This document shows positions 1-11,289 of a DNA stretch of 64,000 nucleotides, piece by piece (within the stretch, counting starts at the first letter, position 1; every line of letters begins with the position of its first letter). The translations under genes and the position numbers were made by a program. Below the pieces are notes generated by a model. That model searched no databases. It saw only the letters and a list, made by a program, of their open reading frames with translations, and was not told the origin of the DNA. Source of the DNA: an uncultured Kriegella sp. (GTDB taxonomy: Bacteria > Bacteroidota > Bacteroidia > Flavobacteriales > Flavobacteriaceae); the NCBI RefSeq assembly GCF_963975415.1, contig NZ_CAXBGN010000011.1:67410-131409 (forward strand), given 5' to 3'.

Positions 1-1662
1 TACAATGATGATAGCGAAGGAGCAACCCACAGTTCAACTTTTGCCGCTATTACCAAAAATTCAACATTGAGAAAATCAATAACGGTAACAAACAGCCTAA
101 ACTATGCTACCACCTTTAATGACCTTCATAACTTAGAGGTATTGATTCTTGCGGAAAAACAAGAAACGATAGACGAAATATTGAATTCAAATAGTCAAAA
201 TCCGATTACAAACGAATTAAATCAAGTTTCGAACGAACAGTCTTTTTTACAGTCGCAATCTTTTGAATACAACCGAATCGGTTATTTAGGAAGGGTAAAC
301 TATAATTTCGATCAAAAATATATTTTTGCCGCATCCCTTAGGCGTGATGCTTCCTCCCGCTTTGGATCGAACAATAGATGGGGTACTTTTCCTTCGATAG
401 CCGTTGGCTGGAACATTGCACAAGAGAGTTTCTTAAAAGATTCTGCCTTTAACACCTTAAAATTAAGAGGTAGCTGGGGTATCACGGGGAATGATAGAAT
501 TGGGGATTATCAATATAGTGCAACATTACTGTCCGATTTCTTTTATCCTATAGGAGGTAGTTTAGCAACAGGAACCACCCCCGGCGGTCTGGCCAATCCC
601 GATTTGAAATGGGAGGAAACCACCATGAAAAATATTGGTTTAGACTTTGAACTTTTTAACGGGAAACTAACAGGTGCGGTCGAATACTTCAACAATTCGA
701 GTGACGACCTCTTAATGAGTCGTCCCTTACCGGGATCTTTAGGAATAAACTCAGGGTCTGTAACCGAAAATGTCGGATCGGTCGACACAAAAGGTTTTGA
801 ATTTAATTTGGGCTATAATGATTATGAGGGAGACTTTACATGGTCTGCCAACCTAAATGTCGGTACTTCAAGCAACGAAGTCAAGTCATTGGGGGCGAAC
901 GAATCACTGTCTGGTGGTACTTTTGAGGCGCAAGATATTTCACGTATTGAAGTGGGAGAGCCGCTATTCTTTTTCTTTGGCTATGAAACCGATGGTATTT
1001 ACCAAACTACAGCAGAAGTTGATGCTGTTCTGAATCAAACACCCAATGACGAAGGTGAGTTTGCTGTAAACCCCGGCGATATTCGCTTTGTAGATCAAAA
1101 CATTGACGGACAAATAAATGCCGATGATCGTGTTAAAATCGGAAATCCCTATCCCGACGTTACCTACGGCCTTAATTTAGATGCCAAGTATAAGCAATTG
1201 GATATCAATTTATTCATATCAGGTGTTGCCGGAGTCGATGTTTACAACACCAATATTTATGATCTTGAAGGCATGCCACGTTTATTCAATGCGGGTACCA
1301 ATGTATTAAATAGATGGACAGGCCCCGGAACATCCAATTCGGTTCCAAGAGCAGGTGGTTCCGATCAGAATTTCAATTCCATATCCGATCGTTTTGTAGA
1401 AGATGGATCCTATACCCGATTAAAGAATATCACGCTGGGGTATACCCTTGACAATACGTCATTTGATCAATATTTCTCAAAATGTAGAATTTACCTAAGT
1501 GGTCAGAACTTAATAACCTTGTCAGATTATTCAGGTTTAGATCCCGAGATAGGCAACCCATTAACCAATGATGGTGGAAATAGGCAGTATGAATTGGGAA
1601 TCGATAGAGGTAACTACCCTCAGCCTAAATCAATCATACTTGGAGTCCAACTATCATTCTAA
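1..1662 (+). CDS. SusC-family TonB-dependent outer-membrane receptor, C-terminal portion (5' end outside window)
   Basis: Frame 1 is open from base 1, so the TTG at 67 in the track is internal. Beta-barrel-like sequence ends in the aromatic terminus GVQLSF. A SusD-like gene follows 9 nt later. Confidence 0.85.
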   Translation, partial: YNDDSEGATHSSTFAAITKNSTLRKSITVTNSLNYATTFNDLHNLEVLILAEKQETIDEILNSNSQNPITNELNQVSNEQSFLQSQSFEYNRIGYLGRVNYNFDQKYIFAASLRRDASSRFGSNNRWGTFPSIAVGWNIAQESFLKDSAFNTLKLRGSWGITGNDRIGDYQYSATLLSDFFYPIGGSLATGTTPGGLANPDLKWEETTMKNIGLDFELFNGKLTGAVEYFNNSSDDLLMSRPLPGSLGINSGSVTENVGSVDTKGFEFNLGYNDYEGDFTWSANLNVGTSSNEVKSLGANESLSGGTFEAQDISRIEVGEPLFFFFGYETDGIYQTTAEVDAVLNQTPNDEGEFAVNPGDIRFVDQNIDGQINADDRVKIGNPYPDVTYGLNLDAKYKQLDINLFISGVAGVDVYNTNIYDLEGMPRLFNAGTNVLNRWTGPGTSNSVPRAGGSDQNFNSISDRFVEDGSYTRLKNITLGYTLDNTSFDQYFSKCRIYLSGQNLITLSDYSGLDPEIGNPLTNDGGNRQYELGIDRGNYPQPKSIILGVQLSF

Positions 1663-1671
1663 AAAAATATC

Positions 1672-3159
1672 ATGAAAAAAAATAAAATAATTTTAACGAT
1701 TCTGGCCATTATAGGCCTCACCGTATCCTGTAATGAAGATTCTTTGGAACTCACGAACCCCAATGAACTTTCACCGGATACCTTTCTTCAGAATCAGACG
1801 CAAGTACAGTCGGCGGTAAATGCCGTTTACTCGAATTTACAAACTCGGGGCCTATACAGCCGTCATATGTTTTTTATGATGGACAACATGGCCCATGAAA
1901 ATGGAGGAAATCCGCAGCTAGAAGCCGACAAACGACAATACCTTGATTTTTCCTTTGATGCAAGTCACGGTGCAATTGGAGCCTATTGGGAAAGTTGTTA
2001 CAGAGGTATTAACAAAGCTAATTTTGTAGTTGAGAACTCAGATAAAATCAATGCCATATTGCCATCTGTTATGAGCGACGACTTAAAACAAAAGGCCATT
2101 GGCGAAGCAAAATTCCTTAGGGCGCTCTTTTATTTCTTAATTGTTACCAGATATGGCGATGCCCCTTTGATCACGACACTACCACCCGATGATGGAGTAG
2201 GACTTCCTAAAAATACGAGTTCCGAGATTTATGCCCAGATAATTAAAGATTTACAGGAAGCCATTCCCGTATTGTTGGCAAAAGGTGATGAAGAGAACGG
2301 GCGTGCCACCAAAGGTGCCGCACAAGCTTTATTAGGCAAGGTTTATTTGTTTTTGAAACAATACGATGAAGCCCTTGTACAATTCAATGCCTTGAGCGGG
2401 TATGAGCTCGAAGACAATTATTTTGACAATTTTATGGAGGAAACGGAGCATGGCGTTGAGTCGATTTTTGAAATTGAATATGACGATGACTTTGGCACAA
2501 GTGCACAATGGAATTCAGATCGTAGTGGACAAGGACCCAACGAGGCTACTTTTAGAGGTCAGGAATATGGCTTCAACGATTGGTTCAATGTATTTCCTTC
2601 CGATGATCTTTTAAATGAATATGAGCCTAATGATATTCGATTTGAACAAACTTTCTATATCAACGGCGATACTTTTGGTCCCGGTGGTTCACTGGTTGTC
2701 GATCACTTTCCAAGTAATGGCGGCGGAAACGCAGGGTGGTCGAAATATTGTAATTATTACAAAGACGCCAATGAAGATCAAACCTCCGGTATTAATTTCA
2801 AATACCTAAGGTATGCCGATGTACTTTTGATGATGGCCGAATGTGAAAGCATGAGAACGGGTGGAAGCCAAGATGTGGCAATCGGCTATATCAACCAAGT
2901 GCGTGAGAGAGCCGGCTTAGATGATTTAGCAACAGGAATGTCTAAAGATCAAGTTTTTGATGCCCTGGTTCACGAAAGAAAAGTTGAACTTGCCGGTGAA
3001 CAATCAAGGTTCAACGACATAATTCGTTGGGGCATTGCCACAACTGAACTCGCAGGAACAAATTTCCAAGCCGGAAAGCACGAGCTTCTACCCATACCAC
3101 AAGGAGAAATAGATTCAAACATCAATATTAGTTCCGCTGATCAGAACTCCGGATATTAA
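1672..3159 (+). CDS. SusD/RagB-family nutrient-binding outer-membrane lipoprotein
   Basis: 495 aa with a lipoprotein signal peptide (GLTVSC) and SusD-like helical sequence, in the canonical position after SusC. Confidence 0.85.
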   Translation: MKKNKIILTILAIIGLTVSCNEDSLELTNPNELSPDTFLQNQTQVQSAVNAVYSNLQTRGLYSRHMFFMMDNMAHENGGNPQLEADKRQYLDFSFDASHGAIGAYWESCYRGINKANFVVENSDKINAILPSVMSDDLKQKAIGEAKFLRALFYFLIVTRYGDAPLITTLPPDDGVGLPKNTSSEIYAQIIKDLQEAIPVLLAKGDEENGRATKGAAQALLGKVYLFLKQYDEALVQFNALSGYELEDNYFDNFMEETEHGVESIFEIEYDDDFGTSAQWNSDRSGQGPNEATFRGQEYGFNDWFNVFPSDDLLNEYEPNDIRFEQTFYINGDTFGPGGSLVVDHFPSNGGGNAGWSKYCNYYKDANEDQTSGINFKYLRYADVLLMMAECESMRTGGSQDVAIGYINQVRERAGLDDLATGMSKDQVFDALVHERKVELAGEQSRFNDIIRWGIATTELAGTNFQAGKHELLPIPQGEIDSNINISSADQNSGY

Positions 3160-3198
3160 TAACGTAAAAACCATTTAGATTGAGTTAGTCGCAGTTGT

Positions 3199-3232
3199 AA
3201 AAACAGTGTGTTACGCGACACACTGTTTTTTT
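3199..3232 (+). terminator. Rho-independent terminator after the SusCD pair
   Basis: Perfect 9-bp stem ACAGTGTGT (3203-3211) / ACACACTGT (3218-3226) with a 6-nt loop. An A-run precedes it and a T-run of 7 follows. Confidence 0.75.
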
Positions 3233-3285
3233 CTTCTGTTTCGTTCAAAAGCTGTAAATTATGAATTGAAAGTCTACCACATATC

Positions 3286-6200
3286 ATGAAAATAAGCCTA
3301 ATCTATAAAATCTATTTATATTCCATCGGGTTGATGCTCCTGAGCAATTGTTCCCCAAAAAAAGTACAGCAAAAAGAGGATACTAAAATATTCTCCGCTT
3401 TGAGTTCATCTGAAACGGGAATCGATTTCGCCAACAACCTGATAGAGAACGATAGCCTGAACTATTTCACCTATTCTTATCTTTACATGGGCGGCGGAGT
3501 TGCCACCGGTGATATAAACAATGATGGGCTCCTAGATATTTATTTCACCGGAAATCAAGTTCCAAACAAACTATATTTAAATAAAGGCAGTCTACAATTC
3601 GAAGATATTACCCAAAGTGCTGGGGTAGCGGGAGATAATCGTTGGTATACCGGGGTCACTATGGCCGATATCAACGGTGATGGTTTTTTGGATATTTATT
3701 GTTCCGTAGGTGGAAAATTCGCCCCAAAGAACAACGAACTCTATTTAAATAACGGCGATGGTACTTTCTCCGAAAAAGCGGCCCTATACGGCATAGACGA
3801 TATCGGCAATAGTGTTCAAGCCACTTTCTTTGATTATGACAAAGATGGCGACCTTGATCTTTTTGTAGCCAACTACCCTCCTACTAAATTTGACTCACCG
3901 ACATTTGTTTATGCTTACAAGATGAAAAATGTCAAAAATGATGAAACAGGTCACTTGTACGAAAACGACGGAGACCATTTTATCGATGTGACCAATACCT
4001 CGGGTTTGCGGGCTTTTGGTTTATCATTAAGTGCAACGGTAGGAGACCTCAACAATGACTCTTGGCCCGACCTTTATGTTTCCAATGACTTCAATTCTCC
4101 CGATTTCATGTACCTCAACAATCAAGATGGCACGTTCAGCGAAGTCATCAAAGAGGCTACTTCACATACCGCTTTCTATGGAATGGGTACCGACATTTCC
4201 GATTTCAACGACGATGGAAACCTTGATATTTTTCAAGTCGATATGTCGGCACAAAACAACAGAAGACAGAAAGCCAACATGGCGAGTATGAACATCGATC
4301 TTTTTTGGGATGTCGTAGATGCGGGATTTGGATACCAATACATGCACAATTGTATGCAGTTGAATTCAGGTGTATTTGAAAATGATATTCCACATTTTTC
4401 CAACGTTTCTAGAATAACGGGAACCTCCTCTACCGATTGGAGCTGGGGCCCTCTATTTGCCGATTTCGATAATGATGGACTCAAAGATTTATTCGTTTCC
4501 AATGGCACACGAAGGGAAATCAACAACAATGACTACTTTAACAAACTCAAAAATTTAAAGCTTAGTGCCGATACCTTGTTACAACTGAGCCTTAAAATTC
4601 CCTCTGAAAAAATTGATAACTTCATTTTCAAGAATAAGGGGAATCTTGAATTCGAACAGGCCAACAAAACTTGGGGCATCGAATTCAAAGGCTTTTCCAA
4701 CGGCGTCGTCTATGCTGACCTTGACAATGATGGTGATCTTGAAATCATTACAAGTAATATTGACGATCCCGCATCGGTTTTTGAAAACAAAAGCTCAGAA
4801 AACAATCGTTACTTGACCATCAAGTTCGAAGGAGAATCCATGAACAAATTCGGTCTCGGCAATCGGGTATATGTGAGTGCCAATGGCCACTCACAAATGC
4901 AAGAACTTACCCTAACCAGGGGGTTTCAATCTTCTGTCGCTCCAGAACTTCATTTTGGACTGGCAAAGTTGGAAAAAATTGATAGCTTAAAAGTAGTCTG
5001 GACAGATGGCAAGGTTCAAAAACTTAAAAATATCGAAGCGAATCAAACCTTAGTTTTAAAACATTCCGAGGCCGTTGGCAGTGAAATTCGAACAAGCCAT
5101 AAATCCAAATCTTTCGCTTTAGATGCGACTGGTATTTTCCCTGAACATCAACATCAAGAAAACAACTATAATGATTTTGAGAAACAGGTGCTATTGCCCC
5201 ATAAAATGTCGGCTTTTGGCCCTGCCCTCGCAATTGGTGACATGAACAATGATGGTCTTGATGATTATTTCATAGGAGGTTCCGCCAACTTTTCAGGAAG
5301 TATTTTTTTTCAATTCTCCAATGGGTTCGAAAAACAAATTACTCCCTTTTTAGAAGGTGACAAGTTAAGCGAAGACACCGGGGCTCTGCTCTTCGATGCC
5401 GACGGAGATGGAGACAATGACCTGTATGTGGTAAGTGGTGGTTACGAATTCAAGCCAGATTCCAAGACCCTTCAAGATAGGCTCTACCTCAATGACGGAA
5501 ATGGTAATTTCACTAAGGCAGATTCGACATCCTTGCCTGAAATGAAAACAAGTGGCTCAAAGGTATACCATGCCGATTTTGACCAAAATGGCAAAGAAGA
5601 TTTATTGGTACTCGGTAGACAGGTTCCTGGTAATTATCCATCACCCGCCTCCAGTTACATTCTAAAAAATGATAGTAGGGCAAATGAAGTACGATTTGAC
5701 TTTTCTGCGGAAATGCAACCACCTGAATTTGAAAATTTGGGTATGGCCACAGATGCTGTTATTACCGATTTCAACAATGATGGTCGGCTAGATATCATTG
5801 TCGTAGGGGAATGGATGCCCATTCGAATATTTAAAAACACGAACAGGGGCTTTGTAGAAGTATCTGAGGCTATGGGATTGACAAAGGATACCACGGGTTG
5901 GTGGTGGAGCATCGAACAAGGTGATTTTGATCAAGATGGTGATATGGATTATGTGGTGGGAAATAACGGCTTGAATTACAAATACAAAGCCAATGAAAAT
6001 GAAACCTTCGATATTTTCGCTAATGACTTTGATAACGACAGCAATGAAGATATCGTTCTAAGTTATTACAATGAAGGGAAACAATATCCGGTGAGGGGCC
6101 GATCGTGCTCTTCACAGCAGATACCTTCAATTAAACAAAAGTTTGAAGACTATGAAAGTTTTGCTGATGCAACCCTAATTGAGGTATACTCCGAAAAGTC

Positions 6201-6597
6201 TTTAAAATCGGCACTGCACTACCAAGTGAAGTCATTTGCCAGTGTTTATTTGGAAAATAAAAATGGTCGATTCATTGTACATGAACTCCCCATCGAGGCA
6301 CAGACTTCAAGCATAAACGGAATTCTAGCGGATGACTATGACAAAGACGGTCTTTTAGACCTGCTTATTGCCGGCAACTTATACGCTTCAGAAGTAGAAA
6401 CCCCTCGTAACGATGCAAGCTATGGTCTTTTTCTTAAAGGAAACGGGAAAGGTAGTTTTAAGGCAGTTCCCGCATCAGAAAGCGGATTTTTAGTACCTGG
6501 AGATGTAAAAGATTTGGCTACTATCGACTATAATAACAAGACCTATGTTGTTGCAGCGAAGAACAACGATGCAATGCAATTTGTTGAACTGAATTAA
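3286..6597 (+). CDS. VCBS/FG-GAP repeat protein with ASPIC/UnbV domain (CRTAC1-like), probable lipoprotein
   Basis: 1103 aa with a signal peptide plus Cys (LLSNCS). Many DxDxDGxxD[IL] FG-GAP/VCBS-type repeats. UnbV/ASPIC-like block around NRYLTIKFEG...GLGNRVYV. Confidence 0.8.
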   Translation: MKISLIYKIYLYSIGLMLLSNCSPKKVQQKEDTKIFSALSSSETGIDFANNLIENDSLNYFTYSYLYMGGGVATGDINNDGLLDIYFTGNQVPNKLYLNKGSLQFEDITQSAGVAGDNRWYTGVTMADINGDGFLDIYCSVGGKFAPKNNELYLNNGDGTFSEKAALYGIDDIGNSVQATFFDYDKDGDLDLFVANYPPTKFDSPTFVYAYKMKNVKNDETGHLYENDGDHFIDVTNTSGLRAFGLSLSATVGDLNNDSWPDLYVSNDFNSPDFMYLNNQDGTFSEVIKEATSHTAFYGMGTDISDFNDDGNLDIFQVDMSAQNNRRQKANMASMNIDLFWDVVDAGFGYQYMHNCMQLNSGVFENDIPHFSNVSRITGTSSTDWSWGPLFADFDNDGLKDLFVSNGTRREINNNDYFNKLKNLKLSADTLLQLSLKIPSEKIDNFIFKNKGNLEFEQANKTWGIEFKGFSNGVVYADLDNDGDLEIITSNIDDPASVFENKSSENNRYLTIKFEGESMNKFGLGNRVYVSANGHSQMQELTLTRGFQSSVAPELHFGLAKLEKIDSLKVVWTDGKVQKLKNIEANQTLVLKHSEAVGSEIRTSHKSKSFALDATGIFPEHQHQENNYNDFEKQVLLPHKMSAFGPALAIGDMNNDGLDDYFIGGSANFSGSIFFQFSNGFEKQITPFLEGDKLSEDTGALLFDADGDGDNDLYVVSGGYEFKPDSKTLQDRLYLNDGNGNFTKADSTSLPEMKTSGSKVYHADFDQNGKEDLLVLGRQVPGNYPSPASSYILKNDSRANEVRFDFSAEMQPPEFENLGMATDAVITDFNNDGRLDIIVVGEWMPIRIFKNTNRGFVEVSEAMGLTKDTTGWWWSIEQGDFDQDGDMDYVVGNNGLNYKYKANENETFDIFANDFDNDSNEDIVLSYYNEGKQYPVRGRSCSSQQIPSIKQKFEDYESFADATLIEVYSEKSLKSALHYQVKSFASVYLENKNGRFIVHELPIEAQTSSINGILADDYDKDGLLDLLIAGNLYASEVETPRNDASYGLFLKGNGKGSFKAVPASESGFLVPGDVKDLATIDYNNKTYVVAAKNNDAMQFVELN

Positions 6598-7155
6598 ATG
6601 ATAGGGCAAAATACCCAAGGCGCTTTATTCCAATTGACATAGAAAGTTAATCTTCAAACAGACTTAAAGTTCGATGGCTTCACCGGGTCGATATGCGATT
6701 TCTGCAACCTTGAACTATCTTAAATAAGAGGCGCCTTTTGACAAACTTGGATCATGATAGCATAAATACCATTTGTTTTCTAACTTACAGATGGGATGCT
6801 GTGAGAGGCCTTAATAAGAGCTAAAATACGTATAGCGCACGTGAAAAGGGCATATGGGGTATTCCTTAATGACATAACCACTGTAATGCCCGTTTCCTGT
6901 AGCATAAGAAAGGAGCATCTACCCTGATATTTATAAACCCACGATCCTTTAACGAAATTCCGCTCAATTCCCCCTATGAATAAAAAACCACTCTTCATGG
7001 CTACAATCTGAACTTCTTTTGAAGCTGATTTTAAAACAATAGCGGTATATTATATTCTATGCCCAACGATGATTTAAACATGGCATCTGTACCATATTTT
7101 TAGCATAATTTTTAAGTTTCAATTTGGTTAAATTCTAATCAAAAAAATTCACGTA

Positions 7156-10100
7156 TTATTTCAACTCTGTTGGCAATACACCAAAGTGTGCCTTAAAACA
7201 TTTCGTAAAATAGGAAGGTGATGAAAAACCCACTTTAAAGCATACCTCACTGATCGATTCATTGCCAGCCTCTATCATTTGTTTCGCTTTCTCCAATCGT
7301 ATTCTACGTAAAAACTCATTCGCGGAATAACCCGTCAGCGCTTTTATTTTTCGATACAATTGACTCCGGCTCAAATGTAATTCTTCCGCTAAATGTTCTA
7401 CATTGAGGTTTTCATCAGACATGTTCGCTGATATATAGTCCAACACCTTGTTGATGAACTTTTTATCTAGGTTTGTCGTATTCCCAAGTATTTTTACGTT
7501 GTTAGAATCTTTGAAATATTTATTAAATAGAATTTGACGACTGGAGATAATTTGCTTGAGTTGTGCCTTTAAAACCTTCATTTCAAAAGGTTTGCTTAAG
7601 TAAACGTCAGCCCCGGAATCTATGCCCTTTACCCAATCATCGGTCATTGCTTTTGCTGTCAACATCAACAACGGAATATGACTTGTCTTAAGATCCTCTC
7701 GAATACGTTTGCAAAACTCAAATCCATCCATTTCAGGCATTACGACGTCTGTCAAAATCATATCTGGAATTCTTTTCGTAGCCACTTCTAATCCTTGAGC
7801 TCCATTAACCGCTTCAATAATCATATAATCATGGTTTAATTCGTTCTTAAGGTAATCCCGTAATTCTGTATTATCTTCAACGATAAGCAAGGTTTTTTGA
7901 CCATTTGACCCCAATATTTGGTGAATGATTTCTTCTTCAAATTCCGGTACGGAAACCTCTTTACTTTCCTCTTCTGGCCCCAAAAACAATTCATTGGCTT
8001 GAAAATGAGCATTTCCCAAGGGCAAAAAAACCCTGAACTTTGTACCAATTGCCTCATCACTTTCAACCACTACCTTTCCCTTTAAAAGGTCTACAAAGTT
8101 TTTAACTACTTCGAGACCAATACCTGTTCCGCCATAGTACTGACTATTCATTTTTTCGACCTGATAGAACCGCTCAAAAACCTTTTCTATTTCCTCTTTC
8201 TTTATACCGCTGCCGGTATCTTCTACATAAATTTCTAAAGCGTGAACAGGCTGATCTGTATATATCAAAGGAAAAATCACCTTTTGGTTGCACCTCATAA
8301 TTCCCACGGTAATCGCTCCATGGTCAGGTGTTATTTTAAATGCGTTTGAAAGTATGTTGAAAATTATTTTTTCAAGCATAGATGGATCACTCCACAACGT
8401 GATAGGGAATTCGTCTGATTCTACTTCGAATACAATGTTTTTGAGTATCGCCTCTTCCTCAAAATGACCACTGATTTCCTTTACAAAAGATATCGCCTCG
8501 ATTTCGGAAATTTTAACTGACAACTTATTAATTTCAAGTTTCCTGAAATCCATCAGTTCATCTATCAACCGTTTTAGTCTGCTTGTATTCTTATGTATAA
8601 TTCGTAATTTTTCTTGAATGGTCTTTGTCAAAACAATTCCTGAATCGTGCATAATATCTTCTAAAGGATTCAGAATAAGTGTCAATGGGGTTCTAAACTC
8701 ATGTGAGATATTGGTGAAAAACTGAATTTTTCTATCATTTAGTGTTTCTTCTTGAATTCTTCTATCTCTTTCAAACTGTACGATGCGTTTTTCCCTTATT
8801 CGTTGTTTGATCAGGTTCGTCAAAAAGTAAGACGTCAATACCACGGCGAGCACGTAAAAAAATATTGCCAAATTAGTGCCCCACCAAGGACGTAGTATCG
8901 TCAATTCTAAAGTTTGGGGGGTTTCGTTCCAAACGCCATCGTTATTTGCAGCTTTTACTTTAAAGGTATAATCACCCGGGGGCAAATTGGTATAGGTAGC
9001 ACTTCTGGTTTCGCCAACATAATTCCATTTATTTTCAAAACCTTCCAAATAAAATGCATATTGATTTTTCTTGGGTCGGGTAAGGTTCATACCTGCATAT
9101 TCAATTGTAAATACAGATTGATGATGTTTTAAAGTAAGGCTTTCAGTCTGGCCAATGACCTTTTTTAAAGGAGATAGCTCTTGGTTTGGAACTACAGATT
9201 TATTAAAAAGCTTAAAATCGGTAAAATAGACTTGGGGCTTATTTGTATTTAATTTAATGTTTCGTGGATTTACATAGTTAATCCCCCCATAGTTACCGAA
9301 ATATATAACACCATCTTCATCTTTATAGGCGGCATTAAAATTGAAATCGTTCGAGAGTAAACCGTCGTTCATATCAAAGTTCTTGAAAGTCTGGCTTGTC
9401 CTATCAAACTGCGAAAGGCCATTGTTACCTGCCATCCAAAGGTTTCCGTTATCATCTTCCAAAATTGACGCAATGGTTTCTTGGCCTAGACCGTCTTTTT
9501 GACCGTACCAAACAAAACTTTCGTTGTTTGGATCATATCTGCAGAGACCGGCGCCATCCGTTCCTATCCACATCAATCCTTTACTATCTTCAAATAATGA
9601 AACAATCACATCGACCACGAGTTTATTCCCTAAATCTTGGTGCATGCTTTCCTTTAGTGAAATTACTTTTTGGGGCTTTGTTAATTCACTCGACAGTTTA
9701 TAAAGACCTGCAGTAGTCCCCATCCAAATGGTATCGTTTTTATCGACCAATACTTTTCGCATAGCGCCTTGACCAGGACTGGGGTCTTCGAATATTGCAT
9801 TGTTATGGTGACTGAAATTTTTATTGATCGGATTATAGGAATGTAACCCTTGAACATAAGAGCCAATCCAGATAGTTCCCCTCGAGTCTTCCGAAAAACT
9901 CATAATGCGGTTCGACCTTAACCCACAATTCGTATTCGACACCGTATAGTTAATGAAAGTGGCTGTATTGTTGGGTAGAAAAAAAATTCCGGAGTTCCAG
10001 GTACCCACCCACAGGTTATCCTTGCTATCCATAAAAAGGGCTACGACGTCTCCGGCGTCTAAGCCCGATAGAATATTGTTCTTCGAATTTTTTAGGTGTA

Positions 10101-11289
10101 CGATATTCTTCTTAACGGGGTCATAGAGATCAATACCACCGCCATCCATACCGATGAATATGCGGCCACTTTTTCCTTTTACAATTCCGGTAACCGACGG
10201 CAATTGCAAAGAATTGCTCATATTGGCGAGGCTCTCAATGTCTTTAAATTTGTCTGAAAGACCGTCGTATACGCCTACACCATTATTATAATAGCCTATC
10301 CAAATTCGACTTTGTGTATCAACAAATATTGACCAAATAGAATTCGATTTTATACTGTTGGCGTCAAATTTACTGTATCGATAATTTTTACGGAGGGTTC
10401 CATTTTTTTTCAACACGAAAAGCCCGTCATTTTCAGTACCACATAAAATATTGCCGTCGGAAGCCTGTGCAAGGGATAATACTCGTTGGTCGGTTATTCT
10501 AAAGTTATGTACCTCATAGGAATTAAAGGCAGTTACCTCTACTTTTATCAAGCCATTGGAAAATGTGCCAATCCATATCGAACCGTCATCATCTTGCAAC
10601 ATAGATTCGATATTATAGGAGAAATCGGTATCGGAAGACTCGTAAATAGATAAAACCGGATGAGCCTTTGTACCGTCATACTCAAAAAGGCCCTGATTGG
10701 CCCCCATCAATAACTTGCCGGTACTACTTTTTATCAAGCTATTTATTTCAAGATCAGAAATTCGTGTATTGGTAATTATGGGTACGCTATAACCTCTTAA
10801 AGTTTCTGGATCCACCTCGAAAAGGCCATTGTAGTGAGAGCCGATTACCAATGTACCATTTGAGCTCTCTTGAATCGCCTTGATCGGCACATTTTCTAGC
10901 GCTACCGAATCTCTGTAAAGCACTACCTGTTTGAATTCGTCGTAATCGCGATCATATAAATTCAACCCGGCTTTGGTTCCGATCCACAATCTATCTGATC
11001 TATCGACATACGTAACATAAATCAAAGAGCTACTCAACGAGTTATCTTCATTGAAATCTTGCTTATATGACACGAAATCAATACCGTTATATTTTTTTAA
11101 CCCGACCCCGTTTGTACCCATCCATATTAATCCGAGGCTATCTTGCACAATGCTTGAGACCGCCCTTTGGGTGTTGTTCTGCTCTATATTGACGAAAGTA
11201 TATTCTTCAGGGCTATCTTGAGCATTTGTATAACTGCTGATTAGCAATACAATGGAAATACCAATTTTAATTATAAGGGCAACTTTCAT
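7156..11289 (-). CDS. Hybrid two-component system regulator (beta-propeller sensor, HisKA, HATPase, receiver, AraC HTH)
   Basis: Periplasmic propeller-type repeats, one TM, H-box SHEFRTPL, HATPase G-boxes, receiver (MILTDVVMPEMDG) and a C-terminal AraC-type HTH. The start is placed at MKVAL (11289); the track's start at 11313 is also possible. Confidence 0.9.
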   Translation of the reverse strand: MKVALIIKIGISIVLLISSYTNAQDSPEEYTFVNIEQNNTQRAVSSIVQDSLGLIWMGTNGVGLKKYNGIDFVSYKQDFNEDNSLSSSLIYVTYVDRSDRLWIGTKAGLNLYDRDYDEFKQVVLYRDSVALENVPIKAIQESSNGTLVIGSHYNGLFEVDPETLRGYSVPIITNTRISDLEINSLIKSSTGKLLMGANQGLFEYDGTKAHPVLSIYESSDTDFSYNIESMLQDDDGSIWIGTFSNGLIKVEVTAFNSYEVHNFRITDQRVLSLAQASDGNILCGTENDGLFVLKKNGTLRKNYRYSKFDANSIKSNSIWSIFVDTQSRIWIGYYNNGVGVYDGLSDKFKDIESLANMSNSLQLPSVTGIVKGKSGRIFIGMDGGGIDLYDPVKKNIVHLKNSKNNILSGLDAGDVVALFMDSKDNLWVGTWNSGIFFLPNNTATFINYTVSNTNCGLRSNRIMSFSEDSRGTIWIGSYVQGLHSYNPINKNFSHHNNAIFEDPSPGQGAMRKVLVDKNDTIWMGTTAGLYKLSSELTKPQKVISLKESMHQDLGNKLVVDVIVSLFEDSKGLMWIGTDGAGLCRYDPNNESFVWYGQKDGLGQETIASILEDDNGNLWMAGNNGLSQFDRTSQTFKNFDMNDGLLSNDFNFNAAYKDEDGVIYFGNYGGINYVNPRNIKLNTNKPQVYFTDFKLFNKSVVPNQELSPLKKVIGQTESLTLKHHQSVFTIEYAGMNLTRPKKNQYAFYLEGFENKWNYVGETRSATYTNLPPGDYTFKVKAANNDGVWNETPQTLELTILRPWWGTNLAIFFYVLAVVLTSYFLTNLIKQRIREKRIVQFERDRRIQEETLNDRKIQFFTNISHEFRTPLTLILNPLEDIMHDSGIVLTKTIQEKLRIIHKNTSRLKRLIDELMDFRKLEINKLSVKISEIEAISFVKEISGHFEEEAILKNIVFEVESDEFPITLWSDPSMLEKIIFNILSNAFKITPDHGAITVGIMRCNQKVIFPLIYTDQPVHALEIYVEDTGSGIKKEEIEKVFERFYQVEKMNSQYYGGTGIGLEVVKNFVDLLKGKVVVESDEAIGTKFRVFLPLGNAHFQANELFLGPEEESKEVSVPEFEEEIIHQILGSNGQKTLLIVEDNTELRDYLKNELNHDYMIIEAVNGAQGLEVATKRIPDMILTDVVMPEMDGFEFCKRIREDLKTSHIPLLMLTAKAMTDDWVKGIDSGADVYLSKPFEMKVLKAQLKQIISSRQILFNKYFKDSNNVKILGNTTNLDKKFINKVLDYISANMSDENLNVEHLAEELHLSRSQLYRKIKALTGYSANEFLRRIRLEKAKQMIEAGNESISEVCFKVGFSSPSYFTKCFKAHFGVLPTELK

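Noticed and set aside
6780-6998. 72-aa minus-strand ORF in the 558-bp gap between the VCBS gene and the HTCS gene.
   Set aside because: I could find no recognisable motif, no signal peptide and no promoter element. It may be a gene remnant, but I cannot support a call.
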